64,000 bases of DNA from Octopus sinensis (Eukaryota). Below, in pieces: positions 62,590 to 64,000 of the stretch. How positions within the stretch are numbered: position 1 is the first letter of the stretch; the number at the start of each line of letters is the position of its first letter. Position numbers and translations under genes: made by a program. The notes under the pieces are model-generated. The model worked only from the letters and a program-made list of their open reading frames with translations. It was not told the DNA's origin and searched no databases. Where the stretch lies: the NCBI RefSeq assembly GCF_006345805.1, contig NW_021832432.1:704377-768376 (forward strand), written 5' to 3'.

Positions 62590-62632
62590 ACCTTAATCGA
62601 TTTTCGACCCTTGTTGGAGTCTCATCAGAGGT
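62590..62632 (-). ncRNA. Type I hammerhead ribozyme motif, fully canonical core
   Basis: ACCT-CTGATGA-GACTC(CAACAA)GGGTC-GAAA-ATCGAT-T-A-AGGT; palindromic helix III AATCGATT. Confidence 0.85.
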
Positions 62633-62803
62633 GTACATCATTTGACCAATCCTAGAGAAATAAGTAACTAATGCGTTTATATGCATACCAAATCTTGTAG
62701 CTTCAGAGAACTGGTGCCACTAATTTAACGCTCACACACACACACAAGCACACACATTTGTCTATCTATCAATTAATCAATCAATCAATCTATCCATCTA
62801 TCC

Positions 62804-62917
<114 letters not shown>

Positions 62918-62986
62918 TTAAATATATATATATACACACACAAACACACATCTCTCTCTCTCTTTCTCTCTCTCTCTTTCTCTCTT

Positions 62987-63125
<139 letters not shown>

Positions 63126-63214
63126 AACTAAGCTAGCTTTGATTCCGTTTGTCATTCTGCAGCTGATTGCCAATATGTCACCCAGTGTACAATATATAAG
63201 CAAAAACGAATCCG

Positions 63215-63268
<54 letters not shown>

Positions 63269-63821
63269 TGTGTACACAGACGTATAAGCCACGAGTATAT
63301 AAATAAATATGCCTGATTTTACAAATGCATACCTGAAAATATTTTGTTGTTCACCTTATACATTTAGTAGCTTCCCGACTTTAAAGTTTGCGGACAGTTA
63401 AATATTACGCATACGTACATAAATAGTTTTAATATAGTATTACTGTATTGTGTAGATATACATTTCACGTATAGTGTACGTGTAATGAAATGTATACATC
63501 TAACGTTTAATGTATCCCCGTATATTGTACGTTTAATGTATCTAGACATTATATTTATACACTAAACCAGTAAATAATCTCTATCAAAGCCCATGTCACT
63601 GGCCAAACACCATTATTATGATAGCGTGATAGTGCTATATATATTCATACACATGTATATGAATTTGTGTAATATGCGCGCACACATGCACACATATAAC
63701 TCTGGTATGGTTACTATATACATTAAATACAGGTGAAGACATATAAAAAGAATAACGGTTACATACGCCCGCGAACTCGTGTATAGATAGTCAATTTTAT
63801 GGCTATGTGCATGTGTGCGAC

Positions 63822-63891
<70 letters not shown>

Positions 63892-64000
63892 ATGCATATG
63901 TGTGTGTATGTGGTGATTCGTTTGAAGTATACGTATGTCACTGTGGACGCGTGGTGCTTATTTCTTTCTCCTTACGTATTACAATCATTTTATAGACACA

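Overview
AT-rich, microsatellite-saturated eukaryotic DNA with no intact protein-coding gene. It is probably intronic or intergenic sequence of an octopus (coleoid cephalopod); this is inferred from the SINE repertoire and repeat landscape, not from a search. Nearly all supplied ORFs are translations of simple repeats. The real content is a layered transposon landscape: several tRNA-derived SINE families (here called A, B and C/D), decayed non-LTR retrotransposons (RTE, Tx1/L1, R4/Dong-like, Penelope-like), Tc1/mariner, hAT, piggyBac-type and Helitron relics. The most notable signal is RNA-level. At least four near-canonical type I hammerhead ribozyme motifs occur (12228, 29302, 31237, 62590), plus several degenerate ones. 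One sits in a single insertion that joins a tRNA-like Pol III head to a minimal hammerhead (31155-31525), and one sits in a ~450 bp terminally redundant, retrozyme-like unit. Other points: SINE-B shares its 3' tail and (ATT)n context with a Tx1 LINE; SINE heads and tails are shuffled as modules; fold-back palindromes recur in (TA)n tracts; inverted SINE pairs are candidate ADAR substrates; and two weak + strand first-exon candidates exist. All calls and alignments were made by eye, and boundaries are approximate unless TSDs or TIRs are quoted.
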